Shown: positions 47,389 through 59,357 of the stretch, one piece after another | How positions within the stretch are numbered: position 1 is the stretch's first letter | Layout of the letters: every line of letters starts with the position of its first letter | Assembly (NCBI GenBank): GCA_973895155.1 | Contig: OZ316892.1 | Span: forward strand, 2,359,223-2,423,222 | Length of the DNA stretch: 64,000 nt | Source of the DNA: Marsupella aquatica | Taxonomy: Eukaryota > Plantae > Marchantiophyta | Direction: 5' to 3' | The notes under the pieces: generated by a model | Seen by the model: the letters and a program-made list of their open reading frames with translations, nothing else | What the model was told of the DNA's origin: nothing | Database searches by the model: none | Made by a program: the position numbers and the translations under genes

Positions 47389-50300
47389 CTACAACTGCAA
47401 AACCTGCAAAGTAGCACGGTGTCTTGAGAAACTCTCCAAAGGAATCACTTTGATAAAGGCATCAGCGGGATTGAGCTTTCCATCAATCTTGACTAGCCCA
47501 AAAGTTTTATCAGACACTGCTTGCCTGATAAAATGGTACTTGATATCAATGTGCTTCACCCTACTATCTATCACCTGGTTAGCAGCCAAGTGAAGAGCAC
47601 TCTGACTATCAAAGTTTAGAGTCATTTTGCCATGCTCTAAACCCATCTCCGCGATCAACTTATCCAACCAAATTGCTTCCTTTGTAGCTTTTGCTGCTGC
47701 AACATACTCTGCTTCTGTAGTAGACTGAGAAATGCACTTCTGCAAGGTAGATTTCCAACTGATACATCCTCCTCCAAGAGTGTATACAAACCCAATTGTA
47801 GACCTCCTTGTATCCAGACAGCCTCCATAGTCAGAATCTACATAACCAACTAACGTTCTATCTGATATGTTATCAAATAGTAATCCATAGTCCTGTGTTC
47901 CCTTCACATACCTGAGAATCCATTTCACAGCTTCCCAATGTACCTTCCCTGGATTTGACATGAATCTACTAACCTTGCCCATCGCTAGGGCCAAGTCAGG
48001 CCTAGTACAAGTCATCAAATACATCAGACTGCCTACTGCCTTCTCATGAGGAATCTTAGCCATCAGACCTTTCTCCACAGCATCCGTAGGAGAGAAAGCC
48101 GATGATAACTTGAAATGTGAAGCTAAAGGAATACTCATTGGCTTACAGTTCTCCATGTTGAATCGTGCAAGTATTTTCCTCACATACTGGCCTTGACTCA
48201 AGCACAATTGTCCAGTATCAGAGTTCCTAACAATCTCCATCCCTAAGATCCTCTTGGCCTTACCAAGATCCTTCATCCTGAATTCAGCACTCAATTTCGC
48301 CTTGAGACTGTCAACCTCAGATTGATCTTTAGCCACAATCAACATGTCATCCACATAGATCACCAGAATGATGAAACCAAATACATCATTCTTGACTGAT
48401 TTCGTATACACACAAGGATCATACACCATCCTTGTAAAACCTTGAGCAAGCATGAAATCATCAAACCGCTTGTTCCACTGTCTGGGAGATTGCTTCAATC
48501 CATACAAGGACTTGAGCAATCTGCAAACTAAGTTCTCTTGGCCCTTCTTCATAAAGCCTAGTGGCTGTCTCATGAAGATCAACTCTTCCAAGTTGCCATA
48601 GAGAAAAGCAGTAACAACACCCATCTGATCCATCACCAGATTAAAAAACACAACAAGCTGACACAAGATCCGAATTGTGGAATACTTAGCCACCTGTGAA
48701 AAGACCTCATTGTAATCCACTCCTTTCTCCTGAGTGAATCCCTTGGTAACAAGCCTTGCCTTGTAGATCTTAATTATCTCCACCCTCTGAAGGATTGTCC
48801 TTAAACTTGTAAATCCACTTGCTGTCCACCACTTGTTGACCTCTTGGAAGCTCCACCAGCTCCCATGTCTTGTTGTCACTCAAAGATTGCAACTCCCTCT
48901 GCATTGCTGCATTCCACTCATGCTTCTGCTCTGAAGCACAAGCCTCATTGTACGAAGAAGGCTCTCCTTATTCCAAGATCAAAGTCATATCATCTTCTTC
49001 AGGTGCAATGTCAATATCATCTAGCTTAGATGAGTCTGCCCATTGACCATACCTAATAGGAGCTCTAGTAGAACGACTGAAAGTTCTTCTAGTAGATGAC
49101 TCAGGCTGATCTACTACTGTTGTTGGCTGAATTTGAGGTACCCCAACAACAATCTTCTCCTCTTGTTCCATCACAAGAACCAACTCCAAGCCTGGAGCTT
49201 CTCCATCTCTCCTGTCATGAACATCATCATGACTAATCTCCCCCTCAACCCGATCCGGGATGGGAGATTTCCCCTTGTCAGTATGGGAGTCCTGAGAAAT
49301 CTCCCCCTCCTTTGATGATCTGGACTCATTAAAAGACACATCTCTACTGACAATTAACTTACAGGTTACTGGATCCCATAACCTATAACCCTTCACACCT
49401 TTTTGATAGCCAAGAAAAATGCACTTCTTCGACTTGGACTCCAGCTTGGATCGAAGTTGGGAAGGTATAAGGACATAAGCATCACATCCAAAAATCCTTA
49501 CATGTGAGTAATCTGCTGGACGCCCATACCTCATTTCAAATGGCGTCTTGAATCCAATAGAACAGGATGGAGAAACTTTTACCAAATAAGCTGCAGTGTT
49601 GACAGCTTCAGCCCAAAATTCATGTGGTAAGCATGATTGACTCAACATACTCCTCGAGCGGTCCAATAGTGTTCGGTTGAGTCTCTCAGAAACACCATTC
49701 TACTGAGGAGTATAACTTGTTGTGAGATGGCGGGTAATCCCCTGCTCCTTACAATACGTTCCAAATTCCCCGGAACTGTATTCACCGCCATTATTCGATC
49801 GAAGATATCTCACCTTATTACCAGTCTGATTCTCAACTTGGGCTTTCCACTCCTTAAAAGTGGCAAAAACATCAAACTTATTGTGTAGAAAGTATATCCA
49901 CACATACCTTGAGTAATCGTCTATGAACGTGACATAGTATAACCGTCCAGAATGTGAGGGAGTAGGGGCTGGACCCCACACATCACTATGTACATACTCA
50001 AGTACCTCCTTGCTGGTATGAGTTCCAACTCCGAAGGGTTTCTTGTGCTGTTTCCCTAGCACACAGTGCTCACAAAATTCCAACTTACAAGATTGTAAAT
50101 TAGAAAGTAATCCTTTCTTTTGAAGAATAGCCAAACCTTTTTCACTCATGTGGCCCAAACAGAAGTGCCACAGCCGGACCGTCTCCTCATGAGATAAGGT
50201 TACATTGGCTTGATCATAGACTACACTGCCCTCCAAAATGTATAGATTGCTATGTCTCTTTCCCTTCAATACAACTTTAGTACCAGTTGAAACCTGAAGG

Positions 50301-51674
50301 ACACCATTAGCAAAACTCCACTGATGGCCATTTGCTTCTAAAACTCCAAGTGAAATGAGTTTTTTCATCATGCTGAGAATGTCTCACATTCCTCAACGTT
50401 CTCACAGCACCATCAAACATCTAAAATCTTACAGATCCAAGTCCAACAACTTGACATGGGATTCCATTTCCCATCAACACTGACCCGTTGGAAACCGTGT
50501 AAGAACTGAAAAAATCTCTCCTAGAGCAAATGTGAAAAGTACATGCACTATCTAGAATCCAATCATCACTACCTGGATTTGACACTACGTTGAGAGCATA
50601 ACCTTGACATCACAATATGTCATCATCATCGAGTAAATCTACCTCATGCGAGCTTGATGCCGCGTTAGCAGAGGCAATAGGGACCTTTACTCGACAATCC
50701 CTTTTCATGTGGCCAGGCTTGCCATAATTCCAACATGCAAGAGGCTTCCTCTCTTGCAATTTCCCTCTGGATTTAGATCTCCCCCGTGATGTAGATCTAA
50801 ACCTATTTTGTCCATTAGTGCGATGCGCTGCTCTTCCCCTGTTCACATTGAGCGCAGTGCCACAAAAAGATGCTGTCTGTGATTGACCCAGCTTCTTCTG
50901 AGCATCATCAGACAGTAATGAGCTCACCACCTCATTATACGAAATGGACTTCAGATCTCTGTACAAGAGAACCTGTTTCAAGCCCTGATAAGACGGCGGT
51001 AAGGAGCTTAGCAAAAGCAAGGCCTTATCCTTATCTTCAACTCCTTTTCCTAGGTTTGACAGATCCACCGCAAGACTGTCAAATTCATCCAAGTGATCCT
51101 GCATCTTGCTCCCTTCTTTGAGCCTGAGGCTCATCAAGAGAGACTTCTTGTATAGCCAGTCTGACGCATCTTCCCAGTAGTACTTCTCTCGTAGAGCCTT
51201 GAACAGTGACGCGCAATCTGCATAATCATCCAACTGCTTGATGATGTGCGGCTTGAGATATAGCATCACTACATTGACAGCAATCACCTGCTCCTATCTC
51301 CATTGTCTCACAGAAATCTCCTCCTCTCCATCATACTGCTCTCGCGATGAAAGCAGATGAGCTAAGCCCATTGCACGAAGAACACCCTTCACTTGCTTCT
51401 CCCACAACAAGTAATCAGTACGACCATCGTACTTTTCCACCTCAAACTTCACTCCTCCGAATCTAGCCATCTCCCTCTTCTTTCCAACTACCGACAGCTC
51501 TGGTAGTAACACAGCTTCCTCCACTGCACGCCGCACCGGTGATCGTACCGGTGTCACTAGTTCCTCCTCAAATGGTAGCAGCTCCTCCTCAAACTCTCTG
51601 TCTGATCGTCGCGATCCTGAAGCTCTACCGATGCCAATTCTTCCAGTATCCTCCGAGTCACTCATATGAAACAA
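47389..51674 (-). pseudogene. Fragmented copia gag-pol
   Basis: Pieces KFEVEKYDGRTDYLLW, CWNYGKPGHMKRDC, WILDSA, YVHSDVWGP, KSKKCIFLGY, YKARLVTKG, YVDDML, STTEAEY and KHIDIKYHF are split by stops and frameshifts. Confidence 0.93.
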
Positions 51675-51894
51675 TCACGAGAAAACGTATTTTTTGGAAA
51701 CTTCTCACAAAACTCAAAACTCAACACCGCCGCGTAGCCCACGAAGCTAGGAGTCCAATACTGAAAGCCGAAATCAAAATCCGTTGAGAGGTCACAGACC
51801 GTGGGTCGTGGGTACATGCCTACCCAGACATACCCACATGAGTCACGAACCGTGGGTTGTGGGATATCTTCTCACTCAAAACAAAACCTCATGG

Positions 51895-52115
51895 ACCGTG
51901 GGTCGTGAGCTCAATACTCACTCAAGCCAAGACCTCACCACCTATGGGTTGTGAGCTCACTACTCACTCAAGCCAAGACCTCACCACCTGTGGGTCGTGA
52001 GCTCACTGCTCACTCAAGCCAAGACCTCACCACCTGTGGGTCGTGAGCTCACTGCTCACTCAAGCCAAGACCTCACCACATGTGGGTCGTGAGCTCACTA
52101 CTCACACAAGCCAAG
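51895..52115. repeat. 46-bp tandem repeat (about 5 copies) in the copia 5' leader
   Basis: ACCTGTGGGTCGTGAGCTCACTGCTCACTCAAGCCAAGACCTCACC units are head-to-tail with no spacers. Confidence 0.92.
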
Positions 52116-53645
52116 CGCTAAATACGGCGGAAATTACGGACAAAGTACTATTTCTTAATTTGTCGTTTTCTCTGTGCCCTAAGTCATAGTTGCACCTCGC
52201 CTTTTTGCAATGCCAAATCGCCGTTTCCAACGAGAAAAGTGAACGCCGCCGACCGGAAATGTTGCCGAATTGCACCGGCACAGTCTGCAGCTCCAGCAGA
52301 GTACGAACTTCCACCGCGTCACCTTCACTCCGCGTCAAGTGCCAATCCCGGACTCAAAATGACCGCCTTGTCGCGATCTCTCCATTGAGCCCTAGCACTT
52401 CGCGTTTCTTCCTTCAAGTTGAACGTCACGACGAGTAACCTGGTTCAGGGAAAAACAAGCACCATAGCTTGTCAAAAAACCAGAACTCAACATCCACTTG
52501 TCACGTTTCACTCGGTATTAACTCGGCAGTAACTCAGCTACCGAAACGACCAGCTCGCTTCAACCTTCAACATGAGCAACAACATGCGATACCTACCGCA
52601 CCGCACAACTCACACCGTTGAAAAATGCGAACTTTGGTCTCTCCCCCGAAAACCCGTCGAACACGAATAAAACCTGAACGACGTAAACTTTGATTCCTCC
52701 GCACCACGGATACCGATCAGCGAGTTCTAACCACCGTTAGAAAGCCCTCTCACTAACCTATCCGCTCAGCCACACACATTCAAGTTTCATGCAAAGAAAC
52801 TCTGAATGTACCATCGACAATGAACGCTGGAAAACCTGTCACGAAAAAACCTCGTCACCTCCCAGGCATGCTTTGATACCATTTGTCAGCATAGACAACA
52901 TTCATAACGGCAAGCCCATGAACCATCCAACGCACAATAGTCGACACAGAGAGATGCGTGGTTCACCTCCACATGAGGCTACGTCCACGGGAACACACAA
53001 GAGCTTTACTGCACTCTAGGTCGACCGGCCATACCAAGCATCCACAGCACAAGCTCTCCCTATCTCTCAACTAGCTCCGTAACAATGAGCCTAAGTTCCA
53101 CCAGGGTTTGGCATCAGCCCTGGCTATATACACAACAGCACTACCGCTAACAATAGCTAAGTTCTAACCCGAGTTAGCCTAACTGTAGTTAGCTCATGAG
53201 TCACAAGACTAGAGCAATATCTAACATCCCTTTCAGTATACTACTCAGATTTTGGCTCGAGTTGAGGCTGCGGTTTGGATGCTCTTGTTGTGAGTGTGTG
53301 AGCTTTTTGCCAGAGCTTTGTCCGAGTTTGAGATCACGATTGGTCCTTATCATTCTTTGCTCAAGTTTGTGCTTCCTTTCTTCTGCTATTGCTGCCATTT
53401 GTGTTCATAGAATTTGTGTTCATAGAATTTCAGCATTCCCTCTGTTGTTGCAGCAATTCAATTGTGAGCATTGCAGGTCTTACGGCTGCAATTGGTGTTG
53501 TGGATTTGTGTTCGTTGCTCCTTGGATTTCAGCAGCAAGGTAGTGCAACCAGGAGTTCTGATCTTGGTGCTCGGATTTCGGCTGTGAGGTTTCTCTGAGG
53601 ATTTCATTCCACTGTGTTGCTGCCATTTCAGTTGTTGCAAGTGCT

Positions 53646-54175
53646 GTGAGCTTTTTTGGTGACGATCAGGCTATTTTTGCAGTGACAACAGGGTCTGATT
53701 TCCAATGTACATCCTTTGCTAATGTTGGGCAAGAGCAGCAAGTGACATGTGAATGTGATTGGTTTTGTGTCAGGAAGATGGCGCCGACTAGAAAATTGAG
53801 AGCCATGTTGACTGAAAATGGCAATGGGATCTACAATTTGACCTGGCAGGATCCTAGTCATGTTGAGGGCACTCCACCCACTGTCTGGACTGTCACTGTG
53901 CAGGAGGTCAAGGCTGATTTTCCAGATTTTTGTACTGCAATTACAGAGTGTCACAGTGATCTCAACCCTATAGTCCCAATTGAGCAGCTGATCATGTGCG
54001 CTGCATATAGTTATGTTGAAACTGTCATGAGAAGGAAGAGATACCAAGTCTACACTCACTTGGCCTACGTAGCAGGGTACCCGAGAGAACTAAGTTTCCT
54101 GAACTGGTTGAAGCTTCTGTGAAAGCTACTTGGCATGATGAAGGAGAGGAATTTGTAGGATTCCTTGCTAATTAG
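53646..54175 (+). pseudogene. KolX-like protein (similar to the P2X7 cytoplasmic ballast domain), frameshifted at 54080-54082
   Basis: ...MRRKRYQVYTHLAYVAGY-[fs]-ERTKFPELVEASVKATWHDEGEEFVGFLAN* resembles the motif R..AY......G...R..LP.CV...IR..FP..DG.Y.GF. Confidence 0.6.
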
Positions 54176-55006
54176 GGATAGAGAGACTTTTGCCACACTT
54201 CATGTTTATGTTTCAATGTTTGATATGACTAATAAAGCTGTTTGCAGAATACAACTCCTGCTAGTTGGCAGCATAAGGGGTTCAATTCCCCTTGGGAGTA
54301 CATGTTACAGCAACACAAAAACATATTTGCATGAGAAGCACATTGTTCTATCTTGTTTACATTCTCCCTTGTATATTATCTTTGTTTCTTCCTTCCCATT
54401 GCACTTGTCAAAGTTGGTAGTATATGCTATCTATTGCAACTCTAGTGTGTGAAGTACTGTGCATTCAGACCAAACAACTTTTATCACCAAACACTATTAT
54501 CACCAAACATTGTTTCATGTCCAAACTGCAATATTCCTTGTAATGATGGCTCATTGGAGTCGGCACTCTCAAAATTTCCAATGTTCTTAGCTATCATATG
54601 AGAGTCAAAAGCTCCATCTATAGCTCTTGCCTTGAGTCACATTACTACTGATGTGAGGTGATCATTTTTCTAGTCAGGTCCCGGCCCTCCTCAAGAGAAT
54701 CACCCCTACAACAATGACAACCATTTTAGAGTAAGTTACACAATGACAACCATTTTACAGCAAAATGAAACCTATTTCAATGAACTAATTTTATTGCCTA
54801 TACTCACATGAAGTATGTTAGCCGAGGTCTTTTACGGAGGCCTGGCACCACTCCATAAGTACACTGATAGCTATGTTCACCCCTCCTGCATAAAATCACC
54901 CACAAAATTGTACCTTATAATAATTGTCATCAACATTGATATAGCAATATGCTTACATTGCCACTTGTAAAAAATATTTAGCTCATCTCATTACTTTACC
55001 TTGGTT

Positions 55007-55297
55007 CTAAGATGGAGGTGGCACTCCATAAATACGCTCACTCGTTCGGTCTTTCCAATTAGTGGTCCGGTCCACCAACACTCGGGTTCGACCAGGACGC
55101 TCTCTAATAGCAGTATTCACGGGCGTGCGATGGTAGACCTTCCACACATGTCGGCGGATATTCTCGTTCCAATCAAGGGCAGCACAACACAAGCGAGCCT
55201 CATGAGTAGCCGAGAAATGAATACGCTTGATGACATACTTGCCCATCACAGAGTGATAGGTCTCCGACATGAAGTTCTCCCGAGCCAAGCCCAACCC
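55007..55297 (-). pseudogene. C-terminal fragment of a Kolobok-type DDD/E transposase
   Basis: NFMSETYHSVMGKYVIKRIHFSATHEARLCCAALDWNENIRR matches the T..LE.FHS....YAPKR..F....AR..LAALD.NEN..R segment carrying the catalytic Glu. The upstream coding part is absent. Confidence 0.7.
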
Positions 55298-55679
55298 GGT
55301 GAACAAACACAAAATTACACAAAACAATGCAAAGTCAAAAATGGAGAGGAAGAAAAGGAAGGAGCACTAGACCTCTTGGAGTCCACTTGTGAGTATGACA
55401 CCCCAACCCAGAGTACTTATATTACGAATGTTAGAGTAACTCATACATGAAATGGTGGGGGCAATAGTGCCTTGCCACCTGGCAGACAAACAATGTGGAA
55501 TGATCTTGGGTTAACTATAAGAGATAGATTAAGTCATATATGAAATGGAGTTCAGCCTATAAATAAATTAAATATATAAAATGGGGTCAGCCCAGAAATT
55601 AACGTAGTCTGGGGAAAGTGAATAATAAAGGTCACTTTGGGGGACAAACTTGAAGCCCAGATGGGCCACCAAGTAGGAC

Positions 55680-56050
55680 AAAATGCTCCCCTCGATCCAT
55701 GGGAGGTTTGGACTTATATTTTGATGATTATGAGTATTCAAATAATTTTTAGTTCTTTTTCACTGGCAAGGCAACTATAGAAGGAGGAGACACAAAAAAA
55801 ACACAAGCCCTAATATTTACTATTAATGCAATGAAAATTAATCTGGTAGAATTTACACTTCCTCATTCCATGATAAATAATTCAATCAAAATCGTCAAGA
55901 ACTCACGGTCACTTTGATGGAAATGTAGTTTACCTACTCCTCTATCACATACTCAAAAGGAAAAAAAATATTTGAATTTATAAACTTCCCAATAATGAAA
56001 CTCAAATTTTGGTAAATGTGGTCGATGGGGTTTCAAAACCAACATTATGA
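55680..56050 (+). repeat. Dispersed AT-rich repeat (probable old non-autonomous TE), copy 1
   Basis: Shares GCAAGGCAACTA..AGGAG..ACAAGCCC.AATATTT...GTCACTTTGAT...TTACCTACTCCTCTA with 60910-61350. Confidence 0.7.
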
Positions 56051-57945
56051 TCCCTGGGATCATTTTCTTGGGGGACACGTTAATTAATCCATGGACCCCA
56101 TGTTATCTTAGAGGCAGTTATCTAGAGACTGAAGCCTAGATGGACCTCCAAATCAAAAGAAAAAAAATTCAAAAATGGACAAGTCAATGTTTGACACTTG
56201 AAATAGTTGCCAAACTTACCAAGGCAACCATAATTAACATCAATCGCAAAACCAGCTGCATTGTGAACTACTGTTTAATGTGTGGGTAGCTTAATTGCCC
56301 ACTTCAGCAAAATAGTGCTCGACGGTTTCCTCCACGGTATCGAAGGGATGCTGGATGCACTGAAGTTGCATCAAAAGTAATCACTTTCAATTCTAGACTA
56401 AGAGAGAGAAGTCATCGGTGTCATCAAATTAATAACTTTGCATAATCATTTAAGACAAAAAGTTTCATGGAAACAAATCTTCAATTGTGGAATTTGGAAT
56501 AGATCGAAAGCTAGAGAAAGTTAGAACCTCATGACCACTTTAGTACTTGATAAAATCTCTCAATGTTACACTCATTGGAAAACTAAAGAACATTGGAAAC
56601 TTATAATCTATTTAGAACTCAACTAAATCTATCAATGTTAAGTTCATTAAAAAGCTAAAGAAATTCTAAAATTCATAATCTCCTTAGTACTCGATAAAAT
56701 CTGTCAATTTTAGGTTCATTCTCATGGAAGGGGTAAACATTTCAAGGGTTGTACAACAAAGATTTCTATTCACGTTAGAGACTATGAAAATCATGGGTAA
56801 AATCTATTTTTCAAATTATTTACTCAATTCTTACCAAATGATGACAATGCTGAGCTCATCAGGACCGTCTCTTCAAGATCTTTCTAATGCCATATTAAAC
56901 GTGAGTTTTCATTATGATTTGATTTAGCAATGTCAAATCAAAAATTACTACCGGGAGAATTTTATGTTTTGAATAAAATCAAAATATAAATAAAATAGTT
57001 ATTGGGAGAAGTTTTACCTCAATTTTTTTGTCTTTTGATTTGCATGTCAGTTTTTTTATCATTCTTTTTTATGGCAGGGCATCCTAGTTTTTACAGCAAA
57101 CTTATCACAAACACTAATACAGAAGTTAATTTTATTCAAAAACAAATCTCTTCCTTCCTGTTTGCAGCGTGCCATGATGATGTGACACGCTGTGGAGCCA
57201 GGAATTTTGGAAAGTACCCCTAATGGGGGTCCATAATAAAAAACTCTAGTATTCTTTGGTTGTGTGAGATAATATGATTAAAATTAATAATACTTATTAG
57301 TAGGGTCTCCAATCTTAGAGTAATATTCTCAACGCAATCAAAGCCATGACATTTTCACTTAGTATTAGCGTTTTTCACAAGGGAATCTCTGTGTCGACAG
57401 CTCACATTCGATGATGCATTGATGCACTTACTCTGAACGAATTTTTGCACGGGGTCCAAAGCATCATTCCTTCCTCTGTAGAGCTACTTTCATGGGGACA
57501 CCTCTGCTCATGAACCTGCGATTTCAGAACCAGCGGAGTTTCATTTGCCGTTTTCCGTAGACGAAAAGCTTGATCTGACTCCTCCATCAGCAGCAGAGGC
57601 GCAGATTTCCATAGCATTCGAAGGTAAGCAAGTCTTTCTCGTTCAGCTTATCGTCTGGACGATGAATTGAGGTTTCGGATGGTGAATTTGGGTTTCGAAG
57701 GGATTGTATCGCGTGATCTTGGTAGTCTTGTTGTTGAGCTAAGAGGCGGGAGATAGGCATTATGTAAGGTTTCTCCAGATGGACTGAACGGAGGATTTGA
57801 TTATGCTTCTCATGATCGAATTGTCTGGTTTGGATCAGGCGTTGTGGCTGTGCGAGACCTACTCTTGACTAGGTCTTTTGAAGTTATCGAGAGTTGAAGC
57901 GTGGATACATGATTAGCGCGGCGGAACCTAGTGAACGGTTTCGTT

Positions 57946-59357
57946 ATGGTAGGCGCAAATGTTTTCGAGGTGATGTCGGGGGTGCTTGGCGTATCGGGCG
58001 TGTGTGCTCCTGTGTCTATGCACGCTACAGCGCAGGATTCGTCCGACAATGGCTTCAATTTGATGGGAGCGGCTTGGAAGCGCTCTCCACGGCGCTTGGT
58101 TGTGAAAACGGAGGTGCGGGTGCTTCTTATGAACTCTCTCTGGTATTGCATAGGATAACTTAGTGACCCGTAGAGGCAGTCAGGGCAACCATCGCAATCG
58201 TTGAAGGTAAGCCGAATTCTTGTAATCTCTCTTTTCATCTAAGAGGCATATTGAAATCCACTCGTTAATCCAGTGAATGTCCTGTATCATCGGCTTTTCC
58301 TAGGACTTCAGATGAAGCTGAATTGAATCAAACCCGTCCTAAATCTAATTGAGTGGACTTTTGGAATCCAAAGAGGTCAAATTAGGCAGCCATATAGAAA
58401 CCTCCAACAATTGCTCAAGAAAACGTTTAGGCAAACAGACAATTTTGTCTCGGATAGGACAGAGCGGCAAAAGCTTCAGTTGTCCTAGACATCATTTGAA
58501 AAGAGATTCTGGTAGAGACGGTTGTAATTGTCCGGTAGGGAGGAGTTTGAGGAACTCATCTAAATTCATGGGAATTCAGTTCTAGTACACCATGAACGGG
58601 AGATTTCAAGGGGATGAGAACAGAAGACTGTCGTTTGAAGACTACGGTCAATTAGTATGTCTGACAATGAATTATTCCTGCTGCTAGTCCAATGTGAAGC
58701 GAGAGAAGAAGAAGCTTCCAGATCCGCCTTGTATCAAGTGTGAAGGAACTGGCAAAGTCAAATGCAAGCGATGCTGTGGGAGAGGTATGGCCTCTCCAAC
58801 TTCTGATGGAAGGAGTTGTTTTAAAATATTCTTTCATATATCTACTTCTCGTCATCTTCACCATATTTCTTTGTTGTTTTCACCCTAATCGACCAATTTG
58901 TCTGCTTGCGTGATTTAATTTGGTGCTTACGGTTGATTCCTATTCACACTCATCAGGACGAACCAACTTCACAGAACTAGTCATGCTGCCCAAGGGTGAA
59001 TGGCCAAAATGGTTAGTAATTCTTGTCGAATCAGTTTTTGAGAAAAATCAATAGCGTGTCTACATCTGAGTACTGGTAATTGATTCAGGAGTATAGGATT
59101 ATCAACCAGATTCTTTGCAGCAAAAAGCATGCTAGCGACACGATCCCTCACAAATCAAAACCTCAGGTTCTCTTCGAATTTGTGAAGGCCAGAGCCGACC
59201 GCCGGAATTGAGCTGACACTAGGGCTACTTCCTGTGCAGGTGCTGGGATTGTAGTGGCTGCGGAAATAGCTTCTGTACACGGTGCTTTGGAACGGGCGAA
59301 AAAAGAGGCACCATCGGTTTTCATTTACCAGACGAGATAGACGGATCCCAAAATTGA
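57946..59357 (+). CDS. Small DnaJ-type cysteine-rich (zinc finger) protein with putative plastid transit peptide, 4 coding exons
   Basis: Exons 57946-58113, 58688-58784, 58957-59011 and 59240-59357 give ...RRLVVKTESNVKREKKKLPDPPCIKCEGTGKVKCKRCCGRGRTNFTELVMLPKGEWPKWCWDCSGCGNSFCTRCFGTGEKRGTIGFHL...*, with four CxxCxGxG repeats. Start ATG is 57946 or 57973. Confidence 0.88.

Larger units (their letters stand above)
46839..53226 (-). mobile_element. Full-length but decayed Ty1/copia element (Tork/Tnt1-like)
   Basis: 343-bp LTRs at 46839-47181 and 52884-53226 (about 10 mismatches, all transitions); TSD TCCCT at 46834-46838 and 53227-53231; tRNA-iMet PBS TGGTATCAAAGC (52881-52870); PPT next to 47182. 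Confidence 0.97.
45521..55514. mobile_element. Putative internally deleted Kolobok-like DNA transposon, interrupted by a copia insertion; boundaries tentative
   Basis: Convergent KolX-like (53646-54175, +) and Kolobok-transposase-like (55007-55297, -) remnants. Imperfect inverted repeat between 45530-45573 and 55439-55486; the right motif ends in GGGTTAA. Confidence 0.6.

Noticed and set aside
51895-52115. Regular 46-bp repeats resembling a CRISPR array
   Set aside because: No unique spacers, head-to-tail units inside a retrotransposon leader, eukaryotic context and no cas genes.
56220-56450. Possible structured ncRNA (short hairpins)
   Set aside because: No convincing snoRNA, snRNA or miRNA hallmarks by eye.
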